From positions 576,001-640,000 of the forward strand of contig CAVPOM010000005.1 in NCBI GenBank assembly GCA_963707025.1: 64,000 nt of DNA, written 5' to 3'. This document shows positions 31,972 to 42,759 of this stretch, one piece after another. A program made the position numbers and the translations under genes. Position 1 is the stretch's first letter, and the number at the start of each line of letters is the position of its first letter. A model generated the notes under the pieces. That model did not search any database. It saw only the letters and a list, made by a program, of their open reading frames with translations, and was not told where the DNA came from. Source of the stretch: an uncultured Verrucomicrobiae bacterium (GTDB lineage: Bacteria; Verrucomicrobiota; Verrucomicrobiia; Limisphaerales; Palsa-1400).

Positions 31972-33321
31972 ATGAAAAAATCTGCAATCCAGAAGCTCGT
32001 CGTTGGTGCCGCAGTGGCTGCCGCAACAATTCTCGGGACAATGTGTTTTGCGGACAACCCGGTGGTGCAAACGTGTTTTACCGCCGATCCCGCGCCGATG
32101 GTCTATAACGACACGGTATATCTTTATACCAGCCATGACGAAGACGATGCCTTCGGTTTCAAGATGTTCAATTGGAAGTGTTTTACGACGACGGATATGG
32201 TGAACTGGACGGATCATGGAACGGTCGCGTCCATGTCAACATTCACTTGGACAGCTAGAAATGGCGCGTGGGCACCGCAGTGCATCTTCAGAAACGGCAA
32301 GTTTTATATTTATGTTCCTGTGGCCCAAAAGAACGGCGGCATGGCCATCGGCGTAGCGGTTTCAACCAATGCCTTCGGACCGTTTGTGGATGCCATCGGA
32401 AAACCCTTGATTGCCAACAGCCGGGAAGACATCGATCCCACCGTGTACATTGATGATGACGGGCAGGCCTACCTGTATTGGGGAAATCCCAACCTTTGGT
32501 ATGTGAAATTGAATGAGGATATGATTGCTTATTCGGGCAGCATCGTCAAGGAACCCACGAAACCGAGGAATTACCAGGAAGGCCCATGGTTCTATCGGCG
32601 AAATAACAAATACTACATGGCGTATGCGTCCACTTGCTGTCCTGAAGGCATTGGGTATTGCATGAGCGACAGCCCCACCGGCCCCTGGACGTATGAGGGA
32701 ATGATCATGGACCCAAACCGCGCCTCGTCCGGGAACCATCCGGGAATCATTGACTACAAGGGGAGTTCATACGTTTTCGGCTTCAATTACTTTCTGAATC
32801 TCGCTCTGACGCCCACGCACCGTGAAAGGCGTTCGGTATGTGTGGCGAAAATGACCTATAATGCCGACGGCACGATTCCGACGGTTCCATGGTGGACCCC
32901 GGAGGGCGTTCCACAAATCGGCACTTGCAATCCGTATGTTCAAACTGATGCGGCGACCGTCTGCTGGGAAACGGGTGTCAAAACGATGAGCCGGGGCGGC
33001 GACAAGCTGGGCGTCTATGTCTCGGCCGATACCAACGGCGCTTACATCAAGGTCAAGGGTGTGGATTTCGGCGGCAAGGGGGCGGCGAAATTCCTCGCCA
33101 GCGTGGCCAGTGCCACTAATGGCAGCGCGATCGAGCTGCGGCTCGACGGTGAAACCGGCACGTTGATCGGAACCCTCGAAGTCAAGCCCACCGGAGCCGT
33201 GGACAAATGGGAGGCGCAATCGTGCCCCGCAAGCGGCGCAAAGGGCGTCCACGATCTGTATTTGAAATTCACTGGTGGCAGTTCGCCGTTGATGAACTTC
33301 GACTGGTGGAAGTTCGAGTAA
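31972..33321 (+). CDS. GH43 xylosidase/arabinofuranosidase with C-terminal CBM6
   Basis: TADPAP, AWAPQ, IDPTVYIDDDGQAYLYWG, EGPW; CBM6 tail GVHDLYLKF..NFDWWKF. Confidence 0.92.
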   Translation: MKKSAIQKLVVGAAVAAATILGTMCFADNPVVQTCFTADPAPMVYNDTVYLYTSHDEDDAFGFKMFNWKCFTTTDMVNWTDHGTVASMSTFTWTARNGAWAPQCIFRNGKFYIYVPVAQKNGGMAIGVAVSTNAFGPFVDAIGKPLIANSREDIDPTVYIDDDGQAYLYWGNPNLWYVKLNEDMIAYSGSIVKEPTKPRNYQEGPWFYRRNNKYYMAYASTCCPEGIGYCMSDSPTGPWTYEGMIMDPNRASSGNHPGIIDYKGSSYVFGFNYFLNLALTPTHRERRSVCVAKMTYNADGTIPTVPWWTPEGVPQIGTCNPYVQTDAATVCWETGVKTMSRGGDKLGVYVSADTNGAYIKVKGVDFGGKGAAKFLASVASATNGSAIELRLDGETGTLIGTLEVKPTGAVDKWEAQSCPASGAKGVHDLYLKFTGGSSPLMNFDWWKFE

Positions 33322-33342
33322 ATAGAAGCAAATGAGTCTAAT

Positions 33343-34767
33343 ATGATCGGATATATTCAACTCTTAATATTCTCTGTGCTAACGGCGACTACTGTCCAAG
33401 CCGAGCCAACCTTCTGGTCGTGGGCAAAGACCCCGCCGATGGGTTGGAACTCGTGGGACTGTTTCGGCGCCGGCGTCTGGGAATCAAATGTGATTGAAAA
33501 CGCCGATTACATGGCGCACTTCCTCAAGCCGCACGGCTGGGACATTATCACGATTGACATCCAGTGGTATGAGCCGCTCGCGCACACGACCGCGTATCGC
33601 CGTGGCGCCGTGCTGGAGATGGATGGGAACGGACGATTGTTGCCGGCCACGAATCGTTTCCCGATGACGGCGGCGACACACTCGTTCAAACCGATTGCAG
33701 ATTATTTACATTCGAAAGCTCTCAAATTCGGTCTGCACCTGTTGCGCGGCATTCCGCGGCGGGCCGTGGCCACAAAGCTGCCCGTCCTTGGAACCTCCTA
33801 CACCGCCGCCGACATCGCCAACACGAATTCCATCTGTGCATGGAACGGCGACATGTATGGCGTGGACATGACCAAACCCGGCGCGCAGGAATATTACGAT
33901 TCCGTGTTCGCCCTGTTTGCATCTTGGGGCCTGGATTATGTGAAAGTGGATGACCTCTCCTCGCCATACCACAAGGACGAGATTGAAGGCATCCGCAAGG
34001 CAATTGATCACTCGGGCCGGGCGATTGTTTTTTCAACTTCGCCGGGCGCAACCCCCGTGAATCAAGGACCACACATCGAGACACACGCGAACCTGTGGCG
34101 GGTCAGCAACGATTTTTGGGATGACTGGCGCTCGCTCTACGCCCAGTTCGCGCGGCTAAACAGTTGGACGCCCTTCCGCGGCTCCGGCCACTGGCCCGAC
34201 GCCGACATGCTGCCGCTCGGCAACGTTCGGGCGTGGCAGACACGGGACAACTGGACGCATTTCACCAAGGACGAACAGTTCACGCTGATGACCCTCTGGT
34301 GCATCGCCCGCTCCCCGTTGATCCTGGGCGGCAACCTGCCGAAGAACGATGACTTCACCCTCGCGCTCCTGACCAACGATGAATTGCTCGCGGTAAACCA
34401 GAACTCCGCGAACAACCGACAACTCTTAAACACCAATAATATGGTTGCATGGATTGCGGACGTGCCGGGGTCGAAAGACAAATATGTTGCGCTCTTCAAC
34501 ACCTCCCCTGCGCCCGTTTCTGGCGGTCGGCGCGGTGGCGGCTTCGGTGGGCTGGGTGCAACAGCCCCGTCCTCAACAAACGCGCCGGCTGCGGACCCGC
34601 GAGTGACCGACCCCCGGGATGTTTCGGTTTCCCTGGCGGACATCGGTCTCGCCGGACCCGTCAAGATCCGTGATCTTTGGCATCATAAAGACCTCGGCAC
34701 CGTCACGGGCACACTTACGCAGGCGATTAATTCCCACGGCGCGGGCCTCTACCGGGTCCAGCCGTAG
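33343..34767 (+). CDS. GH27 alpha-galactosidase / beta-L-arabinopyranosidase
   Basis: TPPMGWNSW, IDIQWY, DYVKVDD, WRVSNDFWD, WPDADMLPLG. Confidence 0.92.
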   Translation: MIGYIQLLIFSVLTATTVQAEPTFWSWAKTPPMGWNSWDCFGAGVWESNVIENADYMAHFLKPHGWDIITIDIQWYEPLAHTTAYRRGAVLEMDGNGRLLPATNRFPMTAATHSFKPIADYLHSKALKFGLHLLRGIPRRAVATKLPVLGTSYTAADIANTNSICAWNGDMYGVDMTKPGAQEYYDSVFALFASWGLDYVKVDDLSSPYHKDEIEGIRKAIDHSGRAIVFSTSPGATPVNQGPHIETHANLWRVSNDFWDDWRSLYAQFARLNSWTPFRGSGHWPDADMLPLGNVRAWQTRDNWTHFTKDEQFTLMTLWCIARSPLILGGNLPKNDDFTLALLTNDELLAVNQNSANNRQLLNTNNMVAWIADVPGSKDKYVALFNTSPAPVSGGRRGGGFGGLGATAPSSTNAPAADPRVTDPRDVSVSLADIGLAGPVKIRDLWHHKDLGTVTGTLTQAINSHGAGLYRVQP

Positions 34768-34783
34768 AATCAGATCATATGTT

Positions 34784-36910
34784 ATGAAGACCATGAATAT
34801 AATGCGCTCCTCCTTGCTTGTCGCTCTGCTGGTTTGGGCCGCCTGCCCTGCTTTTGGGCAGGTCGTTTTGACACCCAAGATTCCCCCTGCCGCGGCAAAA
34901 CACTGGACGGCCGACAACGGCAACGGCACTTACTCCAACCCCCTGTTCTATGAGGAGTTCGAGGACCCCGACGTCATCCGTGTCGGCGAAGATTATTGCC
35001 TCGCCGGCACCACCATGCACATGAATCCCGCGGTTCAGATCATGCATTCCAAGGACCTGGTGAACTGGGAACTGGCCGGCTATTGCACGAACAAGCTCGA
35101 TCTTGGCCCGGTCTATCGCCTTGAAGGCGGTAATATCTATGGCCGTGGCATCTGGGCGCCCTGCATACGCTATCACAAAGGTCTTTTCTACATTTTCGCA
35201 AACGTCAACGGCGCCGGCTTGATGGTTTACCGTTCCAAGTCCATTCAGGGTCCATGGGAGTGGAACCAGTTGCCCGGCAGACATGATATATCAGTCCTCT
35301 TCGATGACGATGAGAAGATCTACGTCATCTCCGGTAACAACAACCCTTATCCTATTGACGAGATCGCACCGGACCTCAAGTCCTTCATCCCCAATGCCCG
35401 CCACCAGCTCGTGGTCCCGCCGGACCAACGGATGGGGGAAGGCCACCATCTCTACAAGATCAAGGGCAAGTATTACGACATTTCGGCCATCCCCGGCGGG
35501 GCAGTCAACCAGGTGATTGCCAAGGCAGACTCTATTGATGGCCCTTGGACCGTCACGACCATGGTCGAGAGTGAATCGCTGGGCGTGACCTCCGTGGCAC
35601 CGGCGAGGGCCCAACCGAACGACCGCGGCCTGTGGCTGCACCAAGGTGGCATGTGCGATACGCCCTCGGGCGAATGGTGGAGTATCATCATGTCGGACCA
35701 TGGCAGCGCTGGCCGGATGGTGTCGCTGGTTCCCATCACTTGGGACAACGACTTCCCGCTCATCGGCCTGCCAGGCAACCTTCGCAAGGCACCCAATACC
35801 TGGCTCAAGCCCAACACTGGGTTTACTCAGGCTCCCAGGCCGGCATTTGTCCATGACGACAACTTTGACAGTGGCAAGCTGAACCCGCTGTGGCAGTGGA
35901 ATCACGTTCCGGACGATTCCAAGTGGTCTCTGACTGAAAGGCCGGGTGTGCTTCGTCTGCATTCCTTGCCAGCCACTAGTTTCTGGACTGCCCGCAACAG
36001 CCTTTGCCAGCGGCCGCCGGGGCCCGAGTCCATCATGACTGTCGAAATGGACACGGCCGGCATGGTTGCTGGCGACACGGCGGGTTTGGCGCTGTTGAGC
36101 ACTCCCTATGCCTGGATTGGCGTGGTGAAAACCGCCGAAGGCGCCACGCTCCAGATGTTCCAAGGCTCAGGTGGTGGCGGGCGCCGTGGCGGGGCCGCTG
36201 CTCCGAGCAGTACGCCTGCCCTGGGTCCGACCAATCCCCCGAGCCACCTGTGGTTGCGTGTCGCTTGCAACTTTGACACGGACGGGGCCATCTTCAGTTG
36301 GAGTGCCGATGGCAAGCAGTTCACACCTCTGGGCAAGCCCTTCACCATGACCTTCCAGTTGACTACATTCCAGGGTGTTCGTCCAGCTCTGTTCAACTTC
36401 AACACCTCAGACCAGCCCGGTGGCTATGCCGACTTTGATAACTACGTCGTGGACGAGCCTCGCGCCTGCGGCATCGAGCGAGAAATTCCCATGGGCAAGA
36501 CCATCACGCTGACCAGCGGCGCTGACGGCAGCTTCTTGGCCGCCGATGCCCAAAGCAATGTCTTGGTCAATGTGGCGGCAGATTCAGCCGAGACAACGAC
36601 ACCCAATGTGTGTTTTCAAGTCGTTGATCTCGGCAAGGGGCGCGTTGCATTGAAGGTTGCCAACGGCCGGTTCGTCTCTGCCCCTGAAGAGGGAGTCACA
36701 TTGAAGGATCTCGCGGGCAATGCACCGGGTGACGCGGAGTCGTTCCAATGGATCAACCTGATGCGCGGCGACACCATGCTCATGTCGCTTGTCAACCATC
36801 GCTATTTGGCCACCCAACCCAACAACCCCGGACCGGTCACAGTTTCTGCTGCCGGCCCGCGCCCGGCCCGCAAGGGCGGCGCTGAGTTCCAGTGGAAAAC
36901 AGCCGAATGA
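34784..36910 (+). CDS. GH43 beta-xylosidase/arabinofuranosidase with GH43 C-terminal sandwich and beta-trefoil tail
   Basis: ADNGNGTYSNP, DPDVIRVG, GIWAP, GEGHH, HQGG, WQWNH motifs. Confidence 0.9.
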   Translation: MKTMNIMRSSLLVALLVWAACPAFGQVVLTPKIPPAAAKHWTADNGNGTYSNPLFYEEFEDPDVIRVGEDYCLAGTTMHMNPAVQIMHSKDLVNWELAGYCTNKLDLGPVYRLEGGNIYGRGIWAPCIRYHKGLFYIFANVNGAGLMVYRSKSIQGPWEWNQLPGRHDISVLFDDDEKIYVISGNNNPYPIDEIAPDLKSFIPNARHQLVVPPDQRMGEGHHLYKIKGKYYDISAIPGGAVNQVIAKADSIDGPWTVTTMVESESLGVTSVAPARAQPNDRGLWLHQGGMCDTPSGEWWSIIMSDHGSAGRMVSLVPITWDNDFPLIGLPGNLRKAPNTWLKPNTGFTQAPRPAFVHDDNFDSGKLNPLWQWNHVPDDSKWSLTERPGVLRLHSLPATSFWTARNSLCQRPPGPESIMTVEMDTAGMVAGDTAGLALLSTPYAWIGVVKTAEGATLQMFQGSGGGGRRGGAAAPSSTPALGPTNPPSHLWLRVACNFDTDGAIFSWSADGKQFTPLGKPFTMTFQLTTFQGVRPALFNFNTSDQPGGYADFDNYVVDEPRACGIEREIPMGKTITLTSGADGSFLAADAQSNVLVNVAADSAETTTPNVCFQVVDLGKGRVALKVANGRFVSAPEEGVTLKDLAGNAPGDAESFQWINLMRGDTMLMSLVNHRYLATQPNNPGPVTVSAAGPRPARKGGAEFQWKTAE

Positions 36911-37003
36911 AATACTGCCGCAGTTTCAAACTGGTTCACCCATCAAACCCCCATCAACGATCATCACAGACCAATACCAAACGGTTCCATCAAAAGGAAT
37001 ATT

Positions 37004-39230
37004 ATGAACGTCATCAACTCCACCCTCCGGCAAGTGACAACTTGCCTTTTCCACAGACACAGCCTTGCTCCTCACTTGAAATCCCCCATGAATCCTCCCT
37101 TCCATCTGGTTTCTCGCCGTGTCCTCTTCGGGCTGGCTGCCCTGAGCGCGGTCCTGGTCTTCACCAGCCAAGTATCCGCCGCCGACCCTGGCAAGATCGT
37201 CGTCCAAGTTGACAAACCCGGCGCGAAAATCAGCCCGACATTCTACGGCCTGATGACCGAGGAAATCAATTACTCCTACGATGGCGGCCTCTACGGGGAG
37301 CTGATCCAGAACCGCATCTTCAAGAATGCTCCTCGCGGCGGACGCGGCGGACGCGAAGGCGGCGGTCCGAGGGCCACCAACACCGCGCCAGCAGTTCCAG
37401 CGCCTGTGGCGATCCCTCACTGGTCCGTGCTCAATTCCGAGGGCGCAAAGGGAGTAGTCTCCCTGGACACGAACGATCCGATCAACACGGTTGCGCTGAC
37501 CACCAGCCTCAAGCTGGACATCACCTCCGTTGGCCGCCGCCAGCGCGTCGGCGTGGCCAACGACGGCTACTGGGGCATCCCGGTTCGGCCCAACACCACC
37601 TACCGGGCTTCGTTTTTTGCCAAAGCTTCGAAGGGCTTTTCGTGGCCATTGACCGTCAATATCGAATCCAATGACGGCCAGACCACATTCGCCTCCGCCA
37701 CTTTGAGCGGCGTCAAAAATAAGTGGCAGAAATACACCGTCACCCTCAAGACCGGTGACGTTCCAGCCCACCGCCGCCGCGCGCTTCGTCATTTCCGCCG
37801 CTTCCAAGGGCACGCTGAACTTCAACCTCGTGTCTCTGTTCCCGCCGACCTACAAGGATCGCCTCAATGGCGACCGCATGGATATCAGCCAACTTCTGGC
37901 CGACATGAAGCCGACCTTCCTGCGCTTCCCTGGCGGCAACTATGTTGAAGGCAATGATTATGCAAATCGCTGGGATTGGCCCCGGACGATCGGGCCGATC
38001 GAGGAGCGCCCCACGCACATGAGCCCGTGGGGCTATCGCTCGACGGATGGCATGGGACTTCTGGAGTACCTCGAATGGTGCGAGGACCTGAACATGGAGC
38101 CGGTCCTGGCGGTCTTCGCCGCCTACACGCTCAACCGCCAGAGCTATCCCGGTGAGTACGACCGGTTCGCGCAGGAGGCAGTGGACGAAATTGAATATGC
38201 CACCGGCGGTGTGAGCACCAAATGGGGCGCGCAGCGCGCGAAGGGCGGCCACCCAAAACCCTTCAAACTGACCTATGTCGAAGTCGGCAACGAGGATCCG
38301 GGTGGCGGCAGAGGGGGTCAGCGGGCGACCTACCCTGATCGCTTCCCCCTCTTCTATCTCGCCATCAAGGCCGAGTTTCCCAACATACAGGTCATCTCCA
38401 CCACACGCAGCGGTTTTGGCAACTACAGCCCCGATGTCATTGACGAGCATTATTATATGAACTACAACAGCGCGCTGGTCAACGCCCACATGTATGACAA
38501 CCGCCCGCGCACGACCACGAACGGCACGCCGGTTCCCAGGATCTTCGTGGGCGAATGGGCCACGCGCGACAATAACAACTCCATCCCCACGCCCACATTC
38601 CATGCAGCCCTGACCGACGCCGCGTTTCTCACCGGCTTGGAGCGCAATGCCGACCTGGTCATCATGTCCTGCTACGCGCCTCTGTTCGTCAACGTGAGCC
38701 AGATCAGCGGCCCCGCCTCCTCGATGCAGTGGGCCACCGATTTGATCGGCTACAACACCCTGACCTCCTTCGGCTCGCCCTCCTACTACGTGCAGAAGAT
38801 GTTTTACAACAACAAGGGCGATGTCGTGCTCCCGATTTCGCTAACGCCGCAGATCGAGCCGGCTCCCGTCGCCACGAACGCCGAGGCGGCCGGCGGGCCG
38901 GGCGGCTTTGGCGGGCGCGGGCGCGGCCCGACTACCCCGCCGCAGACCCTGTTTGCCTCCTCGTCACTCGATGAGGCCACCGGTGATGTGATCCTTAAAG
39001 TCATCAACGCGGTGGAAACGCCGCAGCAAATGGAAATCAGCCTGGAAGGCGCGCCGGTGATCGGCAAAACGGCCAGGATGGAAGTGCTCACCGGTGGTCT
39101 GACGGAGGTGAACAGCATCGCTGAGCCGGTGAAAGTTGCTCCTAAGAGTTCCACCATCGCCGCGAGCGCGAAGTTTGTGTGCGAATTCTCAGAGCATTCG
39201 GTTACAGTGATCCGCTTTTCGACGAAATAA
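37004..39230 (+). CDS. GH51 alpha-L-arabinofuranosidase, frameshifted near 37763 (start may be 37088)
   Basis: GLMTEEINYSYDGGLYGELIQNR, FLRFPGGNYVEG, VEVGNE, DEHYY, VGEWAT, GLERNAD. Confidence 0.9.
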
Positions 39231-39337
39231 CCACCCATCACTGAAGGAAAATCCCATGAGCCAGCACGTTGTTCCGGACTTTCCCCCCTTGCTGAAGAGA
39301 TGAGGCAATGCCTCCAACCAATCAACAGACAAATCCC

Positions 39338-40888
39338 ATGAGAATCCTCCTCCTCACCGCAGCTATTCTTCCCCTGGCCGCGCCCGTGTGGGCTCTCGAC
39401 GGCCAAGTTGGAATTCACGACCCCTCCACTGTAATCCAATGCGACGGCAAGTACTACGCATTCGGCACCGGCAGCGGAGGCTTGATCTCCGACGACGGTT
39501 GGACCTGGCGCAGCGGCGCCGTGCGTCCCGGCGGCGGAGTGGCCCCCGACGTCATCCACATCGGGGATCGCTACCTTGTGGCTTATGCCGGAAGCGGGGT
39601 CCACACGATGTGGACCAAGACTCTTGACCCCAACTCGCCCGACTTCGAATTTCACGACGACACCGTCGTCGCCACGGGTGACTTGGATTGCAATGCGATT
39701 GACCCGGGTTTCATGCTGGACCCCACTGACGGCAGGCTGTGGCTGACATACGGGTCGTATATTGGCTACATCCGGCTGGTCGAACTCGACCGCAAGACCG
39801 GCAAGCGCGTCAACCCGAACGACCAGCCCGTCAATATTGCCATCAATTGCGAAGCTTCGGACATGATTTATCACGAGGGTTGGTATTACCTCCTGGCCGA
39901 CCACGGCTCCTGCTGCGCCGGGGCGGCCTCGGGCTACAACATCCGCGTGGGCCGCGCGATAAAGGTGACCGGCCCCTTCTTCGACAACATGGGCGTTGAT
40001 ATGCTCCAAGGCGGCGGCAAGCTCTTCGTCGGCTCCAGCGGCCGCGTCGTCGGTCCCGGCCATTTCGGCCTGCTCGACTTGGGCGACGGCGTGCAAAAAT
40101 TCTCCTGTCATTATGAAGCGGACCTGGATCGGGGCGGCGCCAGCGTGCTCGATATCCGGCCGCTGCTATGGAAAGACGGCTGGCCCGTTGCCGGTGACAA
40201 CTTCAAGGAAGGCACTTATGAAATCGAATCAATCCGAACCGGCACGGCACTGGAACTTGCCGTGGAAGGTGTCCCGGTTGGTGGCGCACGCGGCAGAGGA
40301 GCCCGCGGCGCGGGGGTTGGCAGACGAGGCGCCCCCGGCGGCGGAACCAATGGACCCGCCGGAAGCGGCGGCCAAATCGCCCCCGGTGGCCTCGGTGAAA
40401 CCAACGCAGCCGGTGGACTCGGTGCGCGCGGCGGCGGAGGGGGCGGACGAGGTATGTTCGGTGGCCAGGGTGGCGTCATTCCGCCACAGGATGTCGCCCA
40501 GGTCTCGACGAATTGGCCGGCCGGCAACATTGACACGCGCATGGCCAACTACATGGACCAAGCCCAGCAGAAATGGGCCGCTACCGCCGTCACCCATGCC
40601 GGCGGTTATCCCGGCTCCCCGTATTTCAAAATCACCATCGCCGGCACGGATCGCGCGCTGGCCGCGACCGGGGACGGAGAATTGGTTGTGCTCCCCTCCT
40701 TTACCGGCGAACCACAACAGCTCTGGCGGCTTGATCAGCTTGCCGACGGCTCCTGGCGCATCATGCCCAAGTCTGTTCCGAATACCAAAGAACCGCTGGC
40801 ACTCTCGGCCATCGGCAGCAGTTTCGCAACGCTGGCCAAATTCAATCCCGACAGCGACAAGCAACGCTGGCTGTTCAAAGCTCCATGA
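39338..40888 (+). CDS. GH43 arabinanase-like with ricin-type lectin C-terminus
   Basis: IHDPS, APDV, NAIDP, CEAS, GPGH motifs; QQKW/QQLW/KQRW repeats. Confidence 0.85.
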   Translation: MRILLLTAAILPLAAPVWALDGQVGIHDPSTVIQCDGKYYAFGTGSGGLISDDGWTWRSGAVRPGGGVAPDVIHIGDRYLVAYAGSGVHTMWTKTLDPNSPDFEFHDDTVVATGDLDCNAIDPGFMLDPTDGRLWLTYGSYIGYIRLVELDRKTGKRVNPNDQPVNIAINCEASDMIYHEGWYYLLADHGSCCAGAASGYNIRVGRAIKVTGPFFDNMGVDMLQGGGKLFVGSSGRVVGPGHFGLLDLGDGVQKFSCHYEADLDRGGASVLDIRPLLWKDGWPVAGDNFKEGTYEIESIRTGTALELAVEGVPVGGARGRGARGAGVGRRGAPGGGTNGPAGSGGQIAPGGLGETNAAGGLGARGGGGGGRGMFGGQGGVIPPQDVAQVSTNWPAGNIDTRMANYMDQAQQKWAATAVTHAGGYPGSPYFKITIAGTDRALAATGDGELVVLPSFTGEPQQLWRLDQLADGSWRIMPKSVPNTKEPLALSAIGSSFATLAKFNPDSDKQRWLFKAP

Positions 40889-40947
40889 ACACCTGTTGAA
40901 AACCGGAATCCACACTTGAAAATCCAAATTCTCGCAAACGGCCTCAT

Positions 40948-41643
40948 ATGACCACTCTTCGCACCATCCTGATCCCGGCATCCGCCGTCCTGGCCGCCAC
41001 CGTACTGTTGACCTCCGCCGCTGCTCAAGGCGTGCCGGCTCAGGCTCCCGTCACGCTTACGCCCCCAGACTCCCCAACCAAGGCACCCAGCCCGGAGGGT
41101 TTCCTGCAGCGCTGGATCATCCTGGATCCAATCCGCGTCAGCGGAGTCACCCAGAGCGCCGTCCAGGCGGCGGTCAAGAAAGAGTACTTTCCCAACCAGT
41201 TCACCGTCATTCCGCACGACGGCGACAAGGTGACTGCTGGCGACGCGGAACTCACCTGGCACGCTGTGGATACCAAGGACTACAACGTGAACCTCTATCA
41301 CTTCGCCTATGCGCTGAACAAGCCGTCGTCCGGCGTCCTGTTTTGGGCCGTCACCATCGTCAACTGCCCGGAAGAAATGCGCGGTGTTCGTCTGGCCATC
41401 GGTTCCAACGACGCTTCTGTCTGGTGGGTCAACGGCCAGGAGGTCATTGGCATCTACGGTGACCGCCAGACCGTCATCGACGACGGGGTCTCGAAAAAAC
41501 TCACGCTCAAAAAGGGACCTAATGTGATACGTTGCGCAGTCCACAACCAAGGCGGCGCGACCGACTTTTGCGCCCGGTTTCTCGACGGGGATGACAAGCC
41601 GCTAAAGGGATTCACCCTGAGTGTGGGTGACGTCGGGAAGTAA
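40948..41643 (+). CDS. Secreted hypothetical beta-sandwich protein
   Basis: Signal peptide; LAIGSNDASVWWVNG..LTLKKGPNVI resembles PA14/galactose-binding folds; no catalytic motif recognised. Confidence 0.6.
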   Translation: MTTLRTILIPASAVLAATVLLTSAAAQGVPAQAPVTLTPPDSPTKAPSPEGFLQRWIILDPIRVSGVTQSAVQAAVKKEYFPNQFTVIPHDGDKVTAGDAELTWHAVDTKDYNVNLYHFAYALNKPSSGVLFWAVTIVNCPEEMRGVRLAIGSNDASVWWVNGQEVIGIYGDRQTVIDDGVSKKLTLKKGPNVIRCAVHNQGGATDFCARFLDGDDKPLKGFTLSVGDVGK

Positions 41644-41647
41644 GCCT

Positions 41648-42539
41648 GTGAAGACAGGAAGACTGCAGGTTGCGCTGATTACCCTGCTGGGCTGCGGAGT
41701 CTGTGCCGGGAAGGATTCCTGCCTTGATTGTCACCGCATCATGGAAGGTATGATCCCAACCAAATTCTGGCGAACCTCTACATCGCCATCACCTACTATC
41801 AGTACCCCAATTTCATGTTTTCGTTCGGCGGCGGCGGAACGGAGGATTATTCGATTGTGCCCTGCACCCTCGCCTACATGTTTCTGCAAAGTTACCAAAC
41901 CAACCTTCACCTTTTCCCCAATTGGCCAGCGAACCAGAATGCTTTTTTCGGCAATTTGAACGCCTGCAACGGGTTTTTGGTCTCCAGCGCCATGACCAAT
42001 GGCTTGATCTCCTGCGTGCAAATCACCAGCACAGCCGGTCATTTATTGAATCTGGCCAAACGCTGGCCGCAGACACCTTGAGCCTGAAAGCGCGCTTGGC
42101 GAGCGACGCCTCCGGCGGCAATATCGAACTGCGTCTGGGCACGACCAACGGCCCGCTGATTGGCGTCCTCACGGTGACAAACACCGGCGGGTGGCAAACC
42201 TGGACGACGGTGAGCACGGCGTTGACGAATGCCAGTGGTGTCCAGAACCTGGTGCTGCGGTTTGTGGGCGGGAGTGGGTATTTGTTGAACGTGGAATGGC
42301 TGGGGTTCACCCCGATCTCGTCGGCGCCGGTGCAACTGGGCTGGCAACGCAGCGGCTGGCAATTGCAGTTCAATTGGCCCGCGGACCACACCGGATGGCG
42401 GTTGGAAGCCCAGGCCAATGCGCTTGGCGCCGGCCTGGGCACGAATTGGCTGACGGTTCCAAGCTCAACCTCAACAAACACTGTTTCCATTCCCATCACC
42501 ACCAATGACAGCGCCTTTTTCCGGCTCGTTTACCCTTGA
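41648..42539 (+). pseudogene. Chimeric remnant: cytochrome c N-terminus + GH95-like C-terminus + CBM6 and FFRL-type C-terminal domain
   Basis: Signal plus CLDCH (to ~41748); LQSYQTNLHLFPNWP..NLNA.NGFLVSS (to ~42075); GGNIELRL..NTGGWQTW; WPADHTGWRL..SAFFRLVYP. Confidence 0.65.
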
Positions 42540-42759
42540 ACTCCGGTGGCGTCAGTCTGGTTTGCGTCCGGCTCGGTTCTTGTCACGTCCTATACGTTCG
42601 AGAAAAATCCTGCTTCGAAGGAATCTCCGTGCAAAAGCCGTTCTTCGGCCGGCCTACAGCGGTTGGACAAGGATGGAGGTCTCCCGAGGGATATACGGAT
42701 ATATTGCAACTCCCGACCCGAACTTGACTGAACGCTTTTTTCCGGCAGTATGGCGTGTC

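Noticed and set aside
42505..42759. 85-aa N-terminal extension of the first kinase
   Set aside because: Overlaps the previous remnant; the paralog starts near the hydrophobic segment, so ATG 42760 is preferred
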